Of a stretch of 64,000 nt of DNA, positions 1-64,000 are shown piece after piece. A program made the translations under genes and the position numbers. The DNA is from Eledone cirrhosa. Lineage: Eukaryota. The stretch spans positions 26,846,001 to 26,910,000 of the forward strand of contig OZ024750.1 of NCBI GenBank assembly GCA_964016885.1, given 5' to 3'. Numbering within the stretch: position 1 is the first letter of the stretch; every line of letters starts with the position of its first letter. The notes beneath the pieces are model-generated. The model ran no database searches and was not told the origin of the DNA. It saw only the letters and a program-made list of their open reading frames with translations.

Positions 1-296
1 AAAACCATATTTATTTCATTATACATATTTCGGGGATGATACCATATTAAAAATATCGCATGCCTTCGTTAGATAAAATACAATATATAAACAGTTTTAT
101 AAATAATTTTGACGTACCATAAATAGGAGCTACCATTATGTCGGAAGCTGGTTTGGTAGTGAAATGTTTACAAATATTTAGTGTTAAGCACAGTTAAAAA
201 GAAGGACGGAGAAAAAGAAGAAATGTATGCAAAGAAAAACAGAGAGAAAAAACAGAGAGAAAAAACAGAGAGATAGGGGAGAGAGAAATAGGGAGG

Positions 297-336
<40 letters not shown>

Positions 337-534
337 AGATCAAAAGATGGTTAAAAGAGTTCCGTGTATTTTATTATGCGCATTTCAAAAACAAATATCA
401 TCATGCAATAACATGGAACTCTTTTAACCATCTTTTGATCTTATATATTATGTATACTCCAGTCCTACAAACTGTAGAGTGCTTCTTATCCGATATCTGC
501 ATTGCTTTATTGTACTACAATAAAACTCACCTCC

Positions 535-574
<40 letters not shown>

Positions 575-619
575 AATAAAACAATATATATATATATATG
601 TCAATAAAACTCACCTCCT

Positions 620-725
<106 letters not shown>

Positions 726-1411
726 TACTTCAATCAAGATTTTAACTTGTGAATTTTTAATTTCTAATTTTCAATCATAATTTCCACTGTGAAACCATAT
801 CTAAAGTTAAGTTTATATTCTCTTAGCCGGTGATGGTTAATTCTATTGTCCAAGAATAATTTAGGGGTAGTATCGAGGCCTATTGAAACTCATACTCTAC
901 CACTACCACTAGGTGTCGGTCAACTGCCACTGGCAGGGCGACTAGCAGTAAACTATAACCATGTCATATTACAGACATGGTTGGGGTGTGAGGGGACCAC
1001 CCAAGGTGAGTTTCGTAGAGTTTTCGGGTGGTGGATGGTCAACTTCCTTTGGACTTGCGCCTGCGCACACCGGTAGGGATGAATTGGGACACACAAGGGA
1101 TCGGGGGAAGGATTCAAGAACACTGGCTTTGTCCGTTCCATTATCGATTCAATTTGGATTGACTCGGGAACATAACCTCATTATGTAAGAAGCTGTCTGA
1201 TGATGTCATGGCACTGGGTACACGGTAGCATGTGGCCACTGTCGTCACGGCTTGAGCTCTGCCGTCGAAGTATTTTACATTTTCTTATATACCCACTCTA
1301 CTACACAAAGTATTGAGTATTCTGGTGCGTTATGGTCCACCTGGTTCCTTACTACACTTCCTTCGTTATATATATATATATAACAATAATAATAGCAATA
1401 ATAATAATAAT

Positions 1412-1450
<39 letters not shown>

Positions 1451-1577
1451 TGTTTCTACTACTGGCACAAGGCCAGCAATTACCCAGTACATTACTGGTA
1501 CTTTATTTTATCGACCCCGTAAGGATGAAAGGCAAAGTTAACCTCGGCGGGATTTGAACTCAGAATGGCAAGGGCCG
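1451..1577 (-). mobile_element. tRNA-derived SINE (partial)
   Basis: Reverse strand reads GAGTTCAAATCCCGCCGAGG (B box) ...GCCTTTCATCC...GGGGTCGATAAA...AGTACCAGT. Same family at 21979, 52400, 55168. Confidence 0.8.
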
Positions 1578-1579
1578 TA

Positions 1580-4500
1580 TAATAATAATAATGATTTCTT
1601 TATTGGCCACAAGGGCTGACATCAAGAAAAACATCACAGACGGAACAGGACGGTACGATGTGGGTTTTGTGCGTGTAAATATTTTTATCATTTATATAAG
1701 AAAAGAAAAAAAAGTACATAGAAACATATATATATATATAAACAATAAAAATGAAAATTGAAACAATGAAAAATTCCCCAATAGGGGGGAAACCTCCTAG
1801 GGTTACTCGTGGCGAAAACCACACAAAAGACCACGGCCACCCTGACCACCAGGGCAGCGCCCTCTCTCAATTTTTTCCATCTCTCATACTACCGACGTAT
1901 ATTCAGAGTGGTCCCGTTCACTCGGACCATTCTCGCTACATTCACCCACCTTTCAACAAACTTGCTAGAAAGCAGCACTTGCCTCTCCACCCTGATTTTT
2001 CTCTTCAAGTGAAACTTGAAAAAGTTAATCAGGGATTCGCCGAAGAGGAAAGTGTCTGTCTTTAACCCTTTTAACCTTGTCCACCACACAATCTCTTTCA
2101 CCATGGCCACCAGGCAGATGAAAACTGCCTGCCCTTCCTCCTCGAAGGAGCCGGCGAGATCATCTGCACAATGGACTCAGTCGACAACCGGATCAGTCCC
2201 ACACGTGACAGCAACTGTTCAACATAGCTCCACAAGTCAGCAATGCTCGGGCACTGAACGAGTGCGTGCACAACGGTTTCGTCGCTCTGCGCGCATCTCG
2301 GACAGGCTCGGCTGACGGCAGTTCCGTGCCAGTAGAGCTTATCTCGAACCGGCAGCGCTCTCCGGTTGTACTGCCAGGCCAGGGATTTTGGGAAGTTATC
2401 CATAGGCCCCGGGCTGAAAGTTCTCCGGAAGAGAGCAAACAGCTGATCTTCTTCGACGCCCAGGATCTCTCCGAGAATGTCATCGCTCTACCCCTCCACT
2501 AGTCCTCTATAGAACGCCGAGGTGGATGTTCCACCGATACTGGTGCCCAGCTGGGAGAGGGCAGTGAGCGCCTGGAGACATTCCAGTTTCCAAGCGCTAT
2601 CCCTCGGTCTTTTTCTGACCCAGGACTGCAGCTCCGTCAAGGCGACGAGCTGTGGGAAAACGTGCCTGGCGAACGGTGACCACACCCATTCACCATCAAG
2701 GAAGCACCAGAGATGTCGCAGCCTCAGCGCATGTTTGCGCATCATCAGCCATGGCATGCCCAGTCCTCCACGCAAACGGATCGTCTGACCATGGGAGCGC
2801 GTCCCTTCCACAAAAAGCGGAAGAGGAGGCGTTCCATTTTTGTGAAAGTTGGGCTGGAGCAAGGGACGACGGTGAGGCGGTAGCAGATGACGGATGCGAT
2901 GTACGCATTCGCCACCTGCGACCGACCTTTCAGGGACAGCCTCCTCTCAGCCTATTTCTGGGTGAAGGAGGCCACTCTGCTTGTCACCTCGTTCCAGTTT
3001 TTCTCCATCTGGAGGTCCGGTCCGAATCAGACCCCGAGCAATTTAACCGGTCCGTCTGTCCGTCCAACGCCCCACGACGCTGTCGGACGGCATGGACTTG
3101 CCTCTCCAGGTGCCGAGCTGCAAGCCCACCGACTTTTCCTGGTTTATCTTTGCTCCTGTTACCGCTTCGTATTCCTTGAGAGCGGTGCCGAGCATCTGGA
3201 TGTGTCTGGTGCTCGACACCACCACGGTGACGTCGTCAGCGTAAGCCGACTCGGATTTCCCGCATCCTAGTTCGCGTGGGACGCCCCTCATCGCCCCCAG
3301 TTTGTGCAGTAGCGGCTCGAGAGCCAATACGTACAAGAGGGACGAGAGGGGACAACCCTGGCGGACTGAGCGCATGATGCTGAACGGCTGCGACAGGTGA
3401 CCGTTCACCCTCACAACTGAGCAGATGTCGCTGTACATTGCTGCGATCCAACCCCTGAAAACGGGCCCGAAACCGGCTGCCTCGAGACCCCCGCCAGGTA
3501 CCAATGGTCGACCCTATCGAATGCTTTGGATTGATCCAAGTTGATCAGGGCGCCACCCTTGCTAAGTTCCTTAACCACCCTCTCTATGATGTATCGCATG
3601 AGGTGGAGGTTGTCGTGTATGGATCTGTCCGGAATGGCGCATGTCTGCGCCTCTTTCACCAGACCCTTGACGACAAGCGCCAACCTCATTGCTAACACCT
3701 TGGCCAAAATCTTGAAATCTGCGTTTAGCAGGGTTATGGCCTGAAATTATCGATAACAACCCCCTGTTCGGGTCTTTTCTCAGCAGCGCCACTGCTCCCC
3801 AGCTCACAAAACTGGGAATGCTCCCGTTCTGCTGCCAGTTGCAGTAGATGTCTGCCAAGAGGTCACCGAACAAGTCTGGCATAAATGCATAAAGCTCGTA
3901 GGGCAGACCATCTAAATCTGGCCATTTACCCCTTGTGCAGTTAGCCATCGCTTCCCGTATTTCACCGGCTGTTATTGGCTTTTCGCAACACTGTGCTGCC
4001 GTCGACGAGAGCCGAGGCAGTCAGTCGAGGTATGCACTGAAGTCCATGCCCCGATCCGGACCGCCGCCGCTCCCGAACAGTTCAGCAAAGTGCAGCTTAA
4101 AAGCTTCACACATCCGCTCGGGTTCGAGCATCACGCACCCGTTTTGGTCAGACAAAGACCGAATTATGGCTTTGTTGCAACGTCGCGCCTCTGCCACCCG
4201 GGCGCATTGGACGGCTTTTGTCCCCTCGTGTTTCAGAGCACGCGCTCTAGCTCTGACAACGCAGCCTTCGTGTTTTGCGTTGAAGAATTGGTCGAGTGCC
4301 AATCTCGCCGCAAGCACGTCAGTTGCGATGCCTGTCCTAAACGCCTCTTCTAGCTTTCTGACTAGCTCTCCCTCTACTCTATTTTCCTCTATCACTACTC
4401 CTTTGCTAAACTTAATCGACTCTACTTTAATTGCCCTTTTCAGGGCGAACCACAACCTGTTGTTGACGACCGCTCCCGTCAACGCCCGCATAACTAATAC

Positions 4501-7500
4501 GCTAATCTGGTCTCTGTAGGCTTTGCGCGCCGGGAAAGACGCGTTCAGCTTCCAGTAACCAGGCCCTTATCTATGAAGTCTGTCTATGTCGATCTCACAG
4601 ATTACAAATTTGTGGTCTGTGTAGTCGACTATTTTAGATTATGTACAACTTATACTAGCCTTATCTAGTTCTCTGCAGAATACCCTATCGAGATACGATC
4701 TGGATGACCCGATGCGGTTTGTCCATGTCCACATTGGCACATTCGGGTGATCCAGTCGATACCTGTCAGACAGTTCAAAACGTCTGAGTAAGTTGGTGAG
4801 GCTCTTGCACCCTCCTCCCCTATCCACTAGCTCCACACGATCCCAGCGTGCATCCAAGATACCGTTCCAGTCGCCCACTAACACTAAAGAGCGGGACGTT
4901 CCAAGAAAGGTCTCTAGACGTCTGAAGAAATCTGGCCGTCCTTCCCCTGTTGGGGCGTAGACGGCTACTAGCCTGAAAGCATTGCCTTCGCTGCCGGTCA
5001 CGTCCAGCACCACCGACTTACCTTCTGGGTCCAGGAAGATGGCCTGTATCGCGAGATCCAAGCTTCTCCGAAAAAGGACGGCAACCCCTCCCCCCGATCC
5101 TGGACCGCTGGGAGATGCGTATACATCGTAGCCGCCGAAGATCGGTGCGAAGGCCCGTTCTTCGGAGATTCTGGTTTCACTGATGGCCACCACATCTATG
5201 TTTAGTGACCTGAGGTCATTGAGCAGGTGACCCTGCTTCCAAGATGACCCCAGGCCACGTGCATTTATACTGCCTATTCTGAGTACAGCCATGTTGGATG
5301 AGAAATGGGGCAAGTGAGAAAGGGTCACTTATCTTGTTTGTGTGGTGAAGGGACAGTAGAACCGTCCCTTTTGCTGGTCATGGGTGTTTCCAAGAGGATA
5401 TCAGTGTATATCCTCTTGGTAACCGTCCCTCTGAAGTCTCCCACTGCGTTGGGGAATTTTTGTTTTAAAGGTTTGTACTGTTCTATTGAGATTTCGATGA
5501 TGCTTATGTTTGTCGGGAGAGTTCTTGGTGTTGGTGGGGTGTAGTAGTTTTTTTCTGTGATGTCTGTGTGCTGCTTTATATATTGTATGAGTTCTTTTTT
5601 TGCCATGTTTATGGCTGTGTACTTTTTGGGGGGAGGGATGATTTTGTTGATGTTTTCTTCTTGTTGCTGTTTGGTGTGTGTGTCTTGTGTTTGCGTTGTT
5701 GGTGTTTGTGGTGGTGATGGTGGCGGTGTTGCTGCAAGTTTCCTTGCTGCCTTTACCCCTCTTTGTATGCCTTCACTTTTGGAGGGTTGAATCTAAGGGT
5801 TTTTTTCTTTTTTCATTTTTGTGGCAGACCGTTTGCCACTTCACACCCGCCTCAAACTCCATGTCGGATTCTGTGGCGTCTGGGAGGGGTATGTGCTCCA
5901 CGGCTGTTGGTGGTGGTAGTGGAGTCCTCTTCGGCAATTTTGTTGCTGGTGTAGCTACTTCAAATGTAGCTATTGGTGTTGCCGCTACTGATGCTGCTGC
6001 TTTAGTTATCCGTGTCCTTGGTACGGGCGCTACGGACGTTGCCCTCCTACTCACCGTAGAAGGGGCTTCTTCGTTTGTTGCCTGCCCTGCTCTTGGTAGC
6101 AACGGACCAGGTATTGGAAGAAGAGGGGCCTTCTTCGCTGTCTTCTGCGGGCAAAAGGCCCTGAGGTGACCCTTCGACCCACAGAGATAACATTTTGGCG
6201 GTCTTCCTTCTACACTTATAGGGAGTTGGAGTCCTTCCTCGATGTCTATGATATCGAGGATAGCGTCGATACATTCCTGGTCAGTTTGTATAAGCATTTG
6301 CATGCCTATACCTGACCAGTTCTCTCTCCCTATTTTTTCTACTTGCAGCATGGTCGCCCTGTTCTCGATTCCTTCAAGGACATACGCGGCCAGCCAAGGT
6401 ATGGGCACGTCGGGTGGGACCTTGGTCACTTTGACCCTCACAATTTTCTGCCCGCAGTAGGAGGGCACCAAGACTATCTTCTCACTCTTTAGCGTTTCCA
6501 AAGAGTGAAACTTTGCTTCCTGGGGGGTGGCCAAAAGTACGTCTACTGTGGCGTATTTTCTCCCTCGGATGATGTGGGTTTTGCGTGCCCAGACGCACCC
6601 CAAGGCCTTTGGGATTTGAGCCTCCGTGACACTCTCCACTCGATGTGAGATTTTGCTTACTGTGCGGTAAGTCACCGTCCGTAGCTGCTTGTCCTTGAAA
6701 AAATCGGGTGTAGGTTTCAGGGAAACTCTATTTGCGCTTCTTGTCACCATGGCCCTTGCGACTGCCATCTCCTCCTCTGTGACTAACACTGTCTCGATAT
6801 TTCGGGCGACAACTGCAAAAGAAGTGGTCCCTTTTTCAGCAGCACCACTATTGCTGCTGCTACTGGTCCTACTGGTGGTGCTGAGATCGCTATTACAGGT
6901 ATCGGTGTCATTGTTGTTGTTTTCGTTGGTACAGTTGTTGGTGTTGTTGTTGTTGTTTTCGTTGATACTGTTGCTGTTGTTACTGTTATTGTGGCTGTTG
7001 TTATTATTGTTGTTTTTGTTGATACTGTTCCTACTATTATTGTTGTTGTGGCTGTTGTTAGTGTCATTGTTATTGTCGTTCTCGACCTTACCGCTGTTAT
7101 TTTTGTTATTGTCGTTCTCGACTTTACCGCTGTTATTTTTGTTGTTGCTGTTGTTATTGATGGTGTTATTGATGGTGTTGTTGTTGGTGTTGCTGTTGGT
7201 GTTATTGTTGGTGTTGTTTGTGTTAGAAATATTTGTTAATTTTAAATCTGTAACAATCTATTTTTCCTTTGTAATATTTTCGTTTATATTTACCTCCGCT
7301 GGAACGCTGTCTTGTTGACATGCTGATAAAGTCTCCCTCTCTCTGTGTTGTCTGACAGCGCTCTCTCTCTTTCTTGTGTTATCCACGTTGAAATTTTTCA
7401 AAAATTTTTTTTTTACACAAATACGAATACGACACCCCGTAAAGGGGTGCCGTATTATTTACTAGTGAACCCCGGTATTAGGTGGGACACTTCTTCTAAA

Positions 7501-7600
7501 ATTTTATCAAATTTAAAACGAATAAAAGGTTTAGAACGGTTGTAAACGAGGTAAAACGTTGAAAAAAAACTGGAGGCGATAAGAAGCGTGGCTTCACCAA
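1580..7600 (-). mobile_element. Near full-length, degenerate L1/Tx1-clade non-LTR retrotransposon
   Basis: ORF1 5773-6789 has a CCHC knuckle (CYLCGSKGHLRAFC). ORF2 from ~5292 has an AP endonuclease (SINARGL, ETR, GDWN, YLDR) and RT motifs (DQSKAFDRV, RQGCPLS, YADD) split by frameshifts and stops. Flanked by (AAT)n. Confidence 0.9.
5773..6789 (-). CDS. Tx1/L1 ORF1 gag-like zinc-knuckle protein
   Basis: 338 aa ORF with CX2CX4HX4C, upstream of the APE-RT ORF. Confidence 0.8.
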   Translation of the reverse strand: MLVTEEEMAVARAMVTRSANRVSLKPTPDFFKDKQLRTVTYRTVSKISHRVESVTEAQIPKALGCVWARKTHIIRGRKYATVDVLLATPQEAKFHSLETLKSEKIVLVPSYCGQKIVRVKVTKVPPDVPIPWLAAYVLEGIENRATMLQVEKIGRENWSGIGMQMLIQTDQECIDAILDIIDIEEGLQLPISVEGRPPKCYLCGSKGHLRAFCPQKTAKKAPLLPIPGPLLPRAGQATNEEAPSTVSRRATSVAPVPRTRITKAAASVAATPIATFEVATPATKLPKRTPLPPPTAVEHIPLPDATESDMEFEAGVKWQTVCHKNEKRKKPLDSTLQK

Positions 7601-7636
7601 CAATAATAATAATAATAATAATAATGATAATAATAA

Positions 7637-10502
7637 AGATTTGTAGACAGGAAAAAGTTAAAAGAAACAGCTAAGGTAAACAAAGTCATCCCATACCTTG
7701 AGGCGAGGAGCCTTCACCAGTGCAACAATATCCTCAAAGCAACAGCAAATGCGGTGAGGAAATTACTTGGTATAAAAGCGAGAGGAAACAACAAACAAGA
7801 AAGATCAGAGCCTTGGTGGAACAAACGACTGAGTGGTCAAATCAGGGAAATGAGAAATGACATTGGAAAGCTTGAGTCCCTACTGAATGGGATACTAAAA
7901 AACATAGACACTAAAAGTAGACTGGAAATAAAATACAAAACTAGGAGGAAAAAGCTAAATATTATCATAGAGGAATTGAAGCAACGCATTGTAGCAAAGA
8001 GTGCAAAAATTAGGCGATACGAAAGCAGAGTCAGTCAGTATAGACAGAACCGCATGTTTGACAACAACCAGAAGATACTGTTTGGACAGCTTGAGGGGAA
8101 AGAAAGAGGCAACGACTTGATCCCTGAGGCGGAACAAACTAAAACATTCTGGAGAGGAATATGGGAGCAGGATGTTAAACATAATGACCAGGCAGTGTGG
8201 ATGGAGACAGTACAGAAGGAGATTAGTGAACAGGCACACCAGCAAACTGACTTGAGTATCACAGTTGAAACTCTTAAGGGGCAGGCTAAAAAACTAACCA
8301 ACTGGAAATCACCAGGCCCAGATGGTGTGCAGGGGTATTGGATTACAAATATAACATCCCTCCACCCGAAACTGACAACCATGTTCAATGACTGCCTGAT
8401 GTCAGGTGAGGTACCAGAGTGGTTGACAAAAGGTACCACAGTTCTGGTAATGAAGGACCGGATCAAGGGTAATGATGTTACAAACTATAGACCTATCACA
8501 TGTCTGTCCGTAATGTGGAAACTGTTGACAAGCATTATGTCTGAGGAAATCTACCACCACCTCCACACAAACAACTTGTTACCGGACGAACAGAAAGGAT
8601 GCCGAAAGAAGTCCCGTGATACAAAGGACCAGTAACTTATTGATAAGTTGGTAATGAGGAATTGCAAGAGGAGACACACTGGTCTTGCCATGGGATGGAT
8701 AGACTACAAAAAGGCATTTGACATGGTGCCTCATTCTTGGATCACTAAAAGCCTAGAGATCTTCAAGGTGGCAGATAACATCAGACAGTTGTTGGGCAAA
8801 AGTATGAAGTCCTGGAAACAGAGTTAACATCAGCTGGAGAATCCTTGGGAGGCGTGAAGATCAAGAGAGATAGTCTGTCCCCTCTGTTGTTTATCCTTGC
8901 CCTGATGCCCCTGACAATTATACTGCGAAAAGTGAGAGAAGGATACAAGTTGGGAAAGGGAGAGCTTACCATCAATCACCTCCTCTTCTTGGACGATCTT
9001 AAGCTCTTCGGGAAGAGTGAGAAGCAGTTGGATGTGCTTGTTGACACTGTCCGTATTTTCAGCAATGATATATGTATGCAATTTGGTATTAGTAAGTGTG
9101 GAGTCCTTGTGATGAAGAGGGGTAAATTGAGCAGAAGCAACGGAATCCAGGTACCAACAGGTGAGATGATAAAGGAAATTGACACTGAAGAAGGATACAA
9201 GTATTTGGGTGTTCTGGAGGCTGATGACATCAAGAACAAAAAAATGATGGAATTGATAAGAACTGAATACATTCGGAGAGTAAGGAGCGTATTAAAGTCA
9301 CATCTGAACAGTAGGAATGCCATAAGTGCAGTAAATTCCCGATCTGTGTCTATTATTAGGTACAGTGCGGGAATTCTGAGATGGAATGTTGCTGAACAAA
9401 AAAGAAATGGATAGGAAGACTAGGAAGCTATTGACTATCTACAACATGTTCCACAAGAGGAGTGATGTCGATAGACTCTACTTAAGGAGATCTGAAGGTG
9501 GAAGAGGTCTTATCAGCATAGAGGACTGTGTTCAGATGGAGAAAAACAACCTACACAAATACGTGACTGATAGTAAGGAGCCAATGCTCAGAACTGTACT
9601 GAAGGAGAGAACAATAGTCCAGGGGATGTCCAAGGAGGAAATAACAACAAGGAGAAAGAGCAGCCTTCAGGAAAAATCCCTTCTTAATACCTTCATTGAG
9701 AAAACTGAATTCAGAGATCCACAGACATGGAACTGGTTGAAAAGAGGAGACCTTAAAAAGGCTACAGAAGGAATGTTAATGGCTGCGCAAGAGCAAGCCC
9801 TCAAAACGAAGTGGTTGAAACACCATATTTACAAGGAGGAGGCTAGCCCACTGTGCAGGATCTGTGGAGAGAGAGAGCAGACTGTGGCTCACATTGTATC
9901 CGAGTGTAAACACCTAGCACAGACTCACTATAAGGGCTGGAGACATGATGTGATGGGCAGGGTGATCCACTGGCACCTATGCAAAGTAATCAATTTACCA
10001 CATTCTGAGAAGTGGTATGAGCATAAGCCAGAGTCGGTGATAGAAAACGATCAGGTGAAAGTGCTGTGGGATTTTATGATAGAGACGGACAAGAAACTGG
10101 AACACAATAGACCTGACCTGGTGGTTTTGGACAAAGAAAAAAGATCGTGCCTGATTGTGGATGTGGCCTGCCCATTCGACACGAGAGTGCAAGAGAAGGA
10201 GAGGGAGAAAATTAACCGATACCAGGACTTAAAGTGGGAGGTAAAAAGGATTTGGAAATGCCATGAAGTCAAAGTGGTCCCGATTGTCATAGACGCACTA
10301 GGTACTATCTCAAAAAGTTTCCAGGGAAGGTTAAAGAAAATTGGCCCCTTCACGCTTTTTGGAACGCTTCAAAAGGCATGCTTGCTGGGAACAGCAAGAA
10401 CCCTCCGATACGTCCTGAATATCTGAGGCTGCAGGTAGTGGCTTGATATTCATTTCAACAAACTTTCCAGTTAACTAACATCAATGACTGAGACTCAAAG
10501 AA
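7637..10502 (+). mobile_element. 5'-truncated R4/Dong-like RLE non-LTR retrotransposon
   Basis: RT (KSPGPDG, NYRPITCL, DYKKAFDMV, FLDD), CRICG..HIVSEC zinc finger, RHD, RPDLVVLD..DVACPFD..K restriction-like endonuclease. Stop at 8633 plus frameshifts. (AAT)n on both sides. Confidence 0.9.
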
Positions 10503-10503
10503 C

Positions 10504-10542
<39 letters not shown>

Positions 10543-10884
10543 TAATGATAATAATGATTTATTTGTTGTTAAATATAAGAATATCAGTGATAAATAACGC
10601 AGAAACTGATAAGTATTGTGTTACATTTTTTATATTTTTGAAAGTAATTTTGCTACTTATATTGATTGTTACGTCCATATGTTTTCGGAAAATTATATTC
10701 TAATATAATGTCTCGGTATCATGTAGTGTATCGATATAATATTCAATACTCGTATACATTTACATTCGTTTGTCATAATCTTAAAATTATTGATATGGTA
10801 TAAAATTGTATAATTGTTATCTCATTTATATCTGTATGTACATGATGATATCTCCAACATTATTATCTATACTGATTATTTCAG

Positions 10885-61828
<50,944 letters not shown>

Positions 61829-61864
61829 GTATTTCATAAACTTGTTACGTATTTACTATACACA

Positions 61865-61952
<88 letters not shown>

Positions 61953-62183
61953 CACACGCATACACTTACACACACACAAACTCACACAAACACATATATA
62001 TATATATGTTTGCGTGTGTATGTGTTTGTGTGTGTGTGCACGTGTTTGTGTGTGCATGTGTGTGTGTTTGTGTGTTTGATGTTTAATATAGAAATCGCTT
62101 CTATTGGACTAGAATAGTTTCATCCAAAGAAATCATCAGGAAATGGCTTTTCTGATGATTACGTTTGAATGAAATAGTTCTAA

Positions 62184-62241
<58 letters not shown>

Positions 62242-62428
62242 TTATTTATTTACTTAAGTTTGTTGGTTCTCCACTGGATAGAACTGGTCATTCCGTATGG
62301 TCAACCTCGATGTAATATTATGGTGAGCACTCGACGTAATGCAACTCAACTGTCTTCGTTTGTGTAGTTGGTGGTGCGAGTACGGAGTTAATTATTATAG
62401 AATAACAGGAGTCCTTGAAAGGTTTATT

Positions 62429-62486
62429 ATACTATGATCATTTCAATGACCGGGTTCACTATGAATCCGGTGACATCATCAGGTAT
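62429..62486 (-). ncRNA. Minimal type I hammerhead, family F
   Basis: AUAC-CUGAUGA-UGUCACCGGAUUCAUAGUGAACCCGGUCAUU-GAAA-UGAUCA-UA^GUAU. Confidence 0.7.
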
Positions 62487-64000
62487 TCAGAATATAACAA
62501 AGGAATATATTAGACAAAGTCCATGGGGCTGAAAATCAGAGACATGAGGACGACCGAACATTCAACAGCTTCTACCTCGGTCGACCGCCCCAATTATTTC
62601 TGTACAGATGAGAGACGTGTATTTACGCTTAAACAATGAATCAATCTGTTACAATTAATAATTATTCGCAGAGAATTAATATTGAAATGCATTTATTCGG
62701 AAGTGTGACAGAATAAATTATTTCTTCACAAGTAGCAAGATTATAAGCAAGAGAACAAATGGAAGTAGATAAATGGGAAATATAGTGAAACATTATTTTA
62801 AGGCATGAGACTTATAGCCTTAAAACTTATATCCATATATTTGTATAGCAGCTGTATCATGTATTAAAAGACGGATTGAGAGAAAAATGTGTCATGCGAT
62901 AATCAAAGATCGTACTCTAGAATTTGAAATCATTAAACTAAGGATGAAGACTTCTGCAAAAGTAGACTCATTATTGTTTAATCTTGTTACTCAGAGATAA
63001 ACGAAAATCTGAAGTTGAAATCATTTTCACCATGGTAGGAACAGCAGTTATTATTATAACAGTATGGGATTAATGAATTCAAATATAGCGGTGTTATTAC
63101 GCCAATGGTGATTTTTTTTTTCCCTTAAGTGATCTGTTAAATTTATGTCCGGTGTTACTGCTTTAGCATAGCAAATTGCATTAATAATGACTTAGAATAG
63201 TGATACTTTTACTATTATGAGTGTGAATTGCAGCTTTGAAAGATGTAGTGAACAATTAAGTGGATATAATAGACTTAAACATGCTTAAGTTCAATTATAT
63301 CATATCATATATATAAACGCAAGCCTCTCCGAGATATTACCATACCAAACACGTTAGAGGTGTAATATCTTAGACGGTTATCATAAGACCATACGTTAGG
63401 AAGAACGTCTGTAGACGCATAGCTTAAAAAATACGCACGGGTGGGTAATAGGAGGTACCTAATTTAGTTAGTACCAGTTATAAGACACAAACCAGTATTC
63501 ACTCACACGCCGTAGTGCATTTTGATAGAATTCTTTATATTTCCGGAAATATTGGTCGTCCGACCTTAAAGAAGGGGAAAATTGTGAATTTTCCCTTCCC
63601 GCATGATACGATGGTTTCTCTGCATGTGGTGTTTCTGACAGAGGGATCTCTAATTTATTTTTTATGGACCCCAACCCTATCATGTAGACCCGTTCTCAAA
63701 TGTAGTATTCTTCACGTTGTGGCAGGGCACAAAATAAATTAAGGTTTTTGTTTTGCAATTCACAATTGCCTTAAATTTGAAAATGTCATTGATTCAAAAG
63801 GAGATTTGCCCTCTCTCTTCAATGAATGAACAAGTTCCGTATCAAGGGTTCCCGCATTTCTTAACTTGCATTGATTCATTGTCAGACGTAAATTTCGCCT
63901 TAATAAACAGTATTTTTAAAGTTAGGTGCTTGGCGTCTACTATATAGTATTTGTGAGTCTTTTATGAGTGCTTTCATTTTGGAGGACTGCTTGAGAATCG

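Noticed and set aside
6689-7318. 209-aa Leu-rich ORF resembling a membrane protein
   Set aside because: It is antisense of the low-complexity Thr/Asn-rich 5' region of the Tx1 element.
63571-63598. Hairpin GAAGGGGAAAATT-GTG-AATTTTCCCTTC
   Set aside because: Isolated hairpin without a ribozyme core or other context.

Overview
AT-rich, microsatellite-dense eukaryotic DNA, probably cephalopod (Octopus-like, inferred from the tRNA-derived SINE family). The main feature is missed by the ORF track. On the + strand, 32 near-identical symmetric (phase 1-1) exons of 126-138 bp lie between 10885 and 61828. Each encodes one 8-Cys EGF-like repeat of the MEGF10/Draper/SCARF type. All keep an open frame and all 8 Cys, and one has degraded splice sites. 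The 5' and 3' ends of the gene are not identifiable here. Most introns start with an (AC)n tract and end with a complementary (GT)n tract, and the donors are weak. The introns are packed with retroelements (Tx1/L1, R4/Dong-like, RTE, Penelope), SINEs, a small Helitron and many fold-back inverted repeats. They also hold more than 30 intact, degenerate or partial type I hammerhead ribozyme motifs from about 8 families. These include a 591-bp tandem, retrozyme-like repeat whose hammerhead has a compensatory U3-A8 core. All calls were made by eye, with no database search or folding run.
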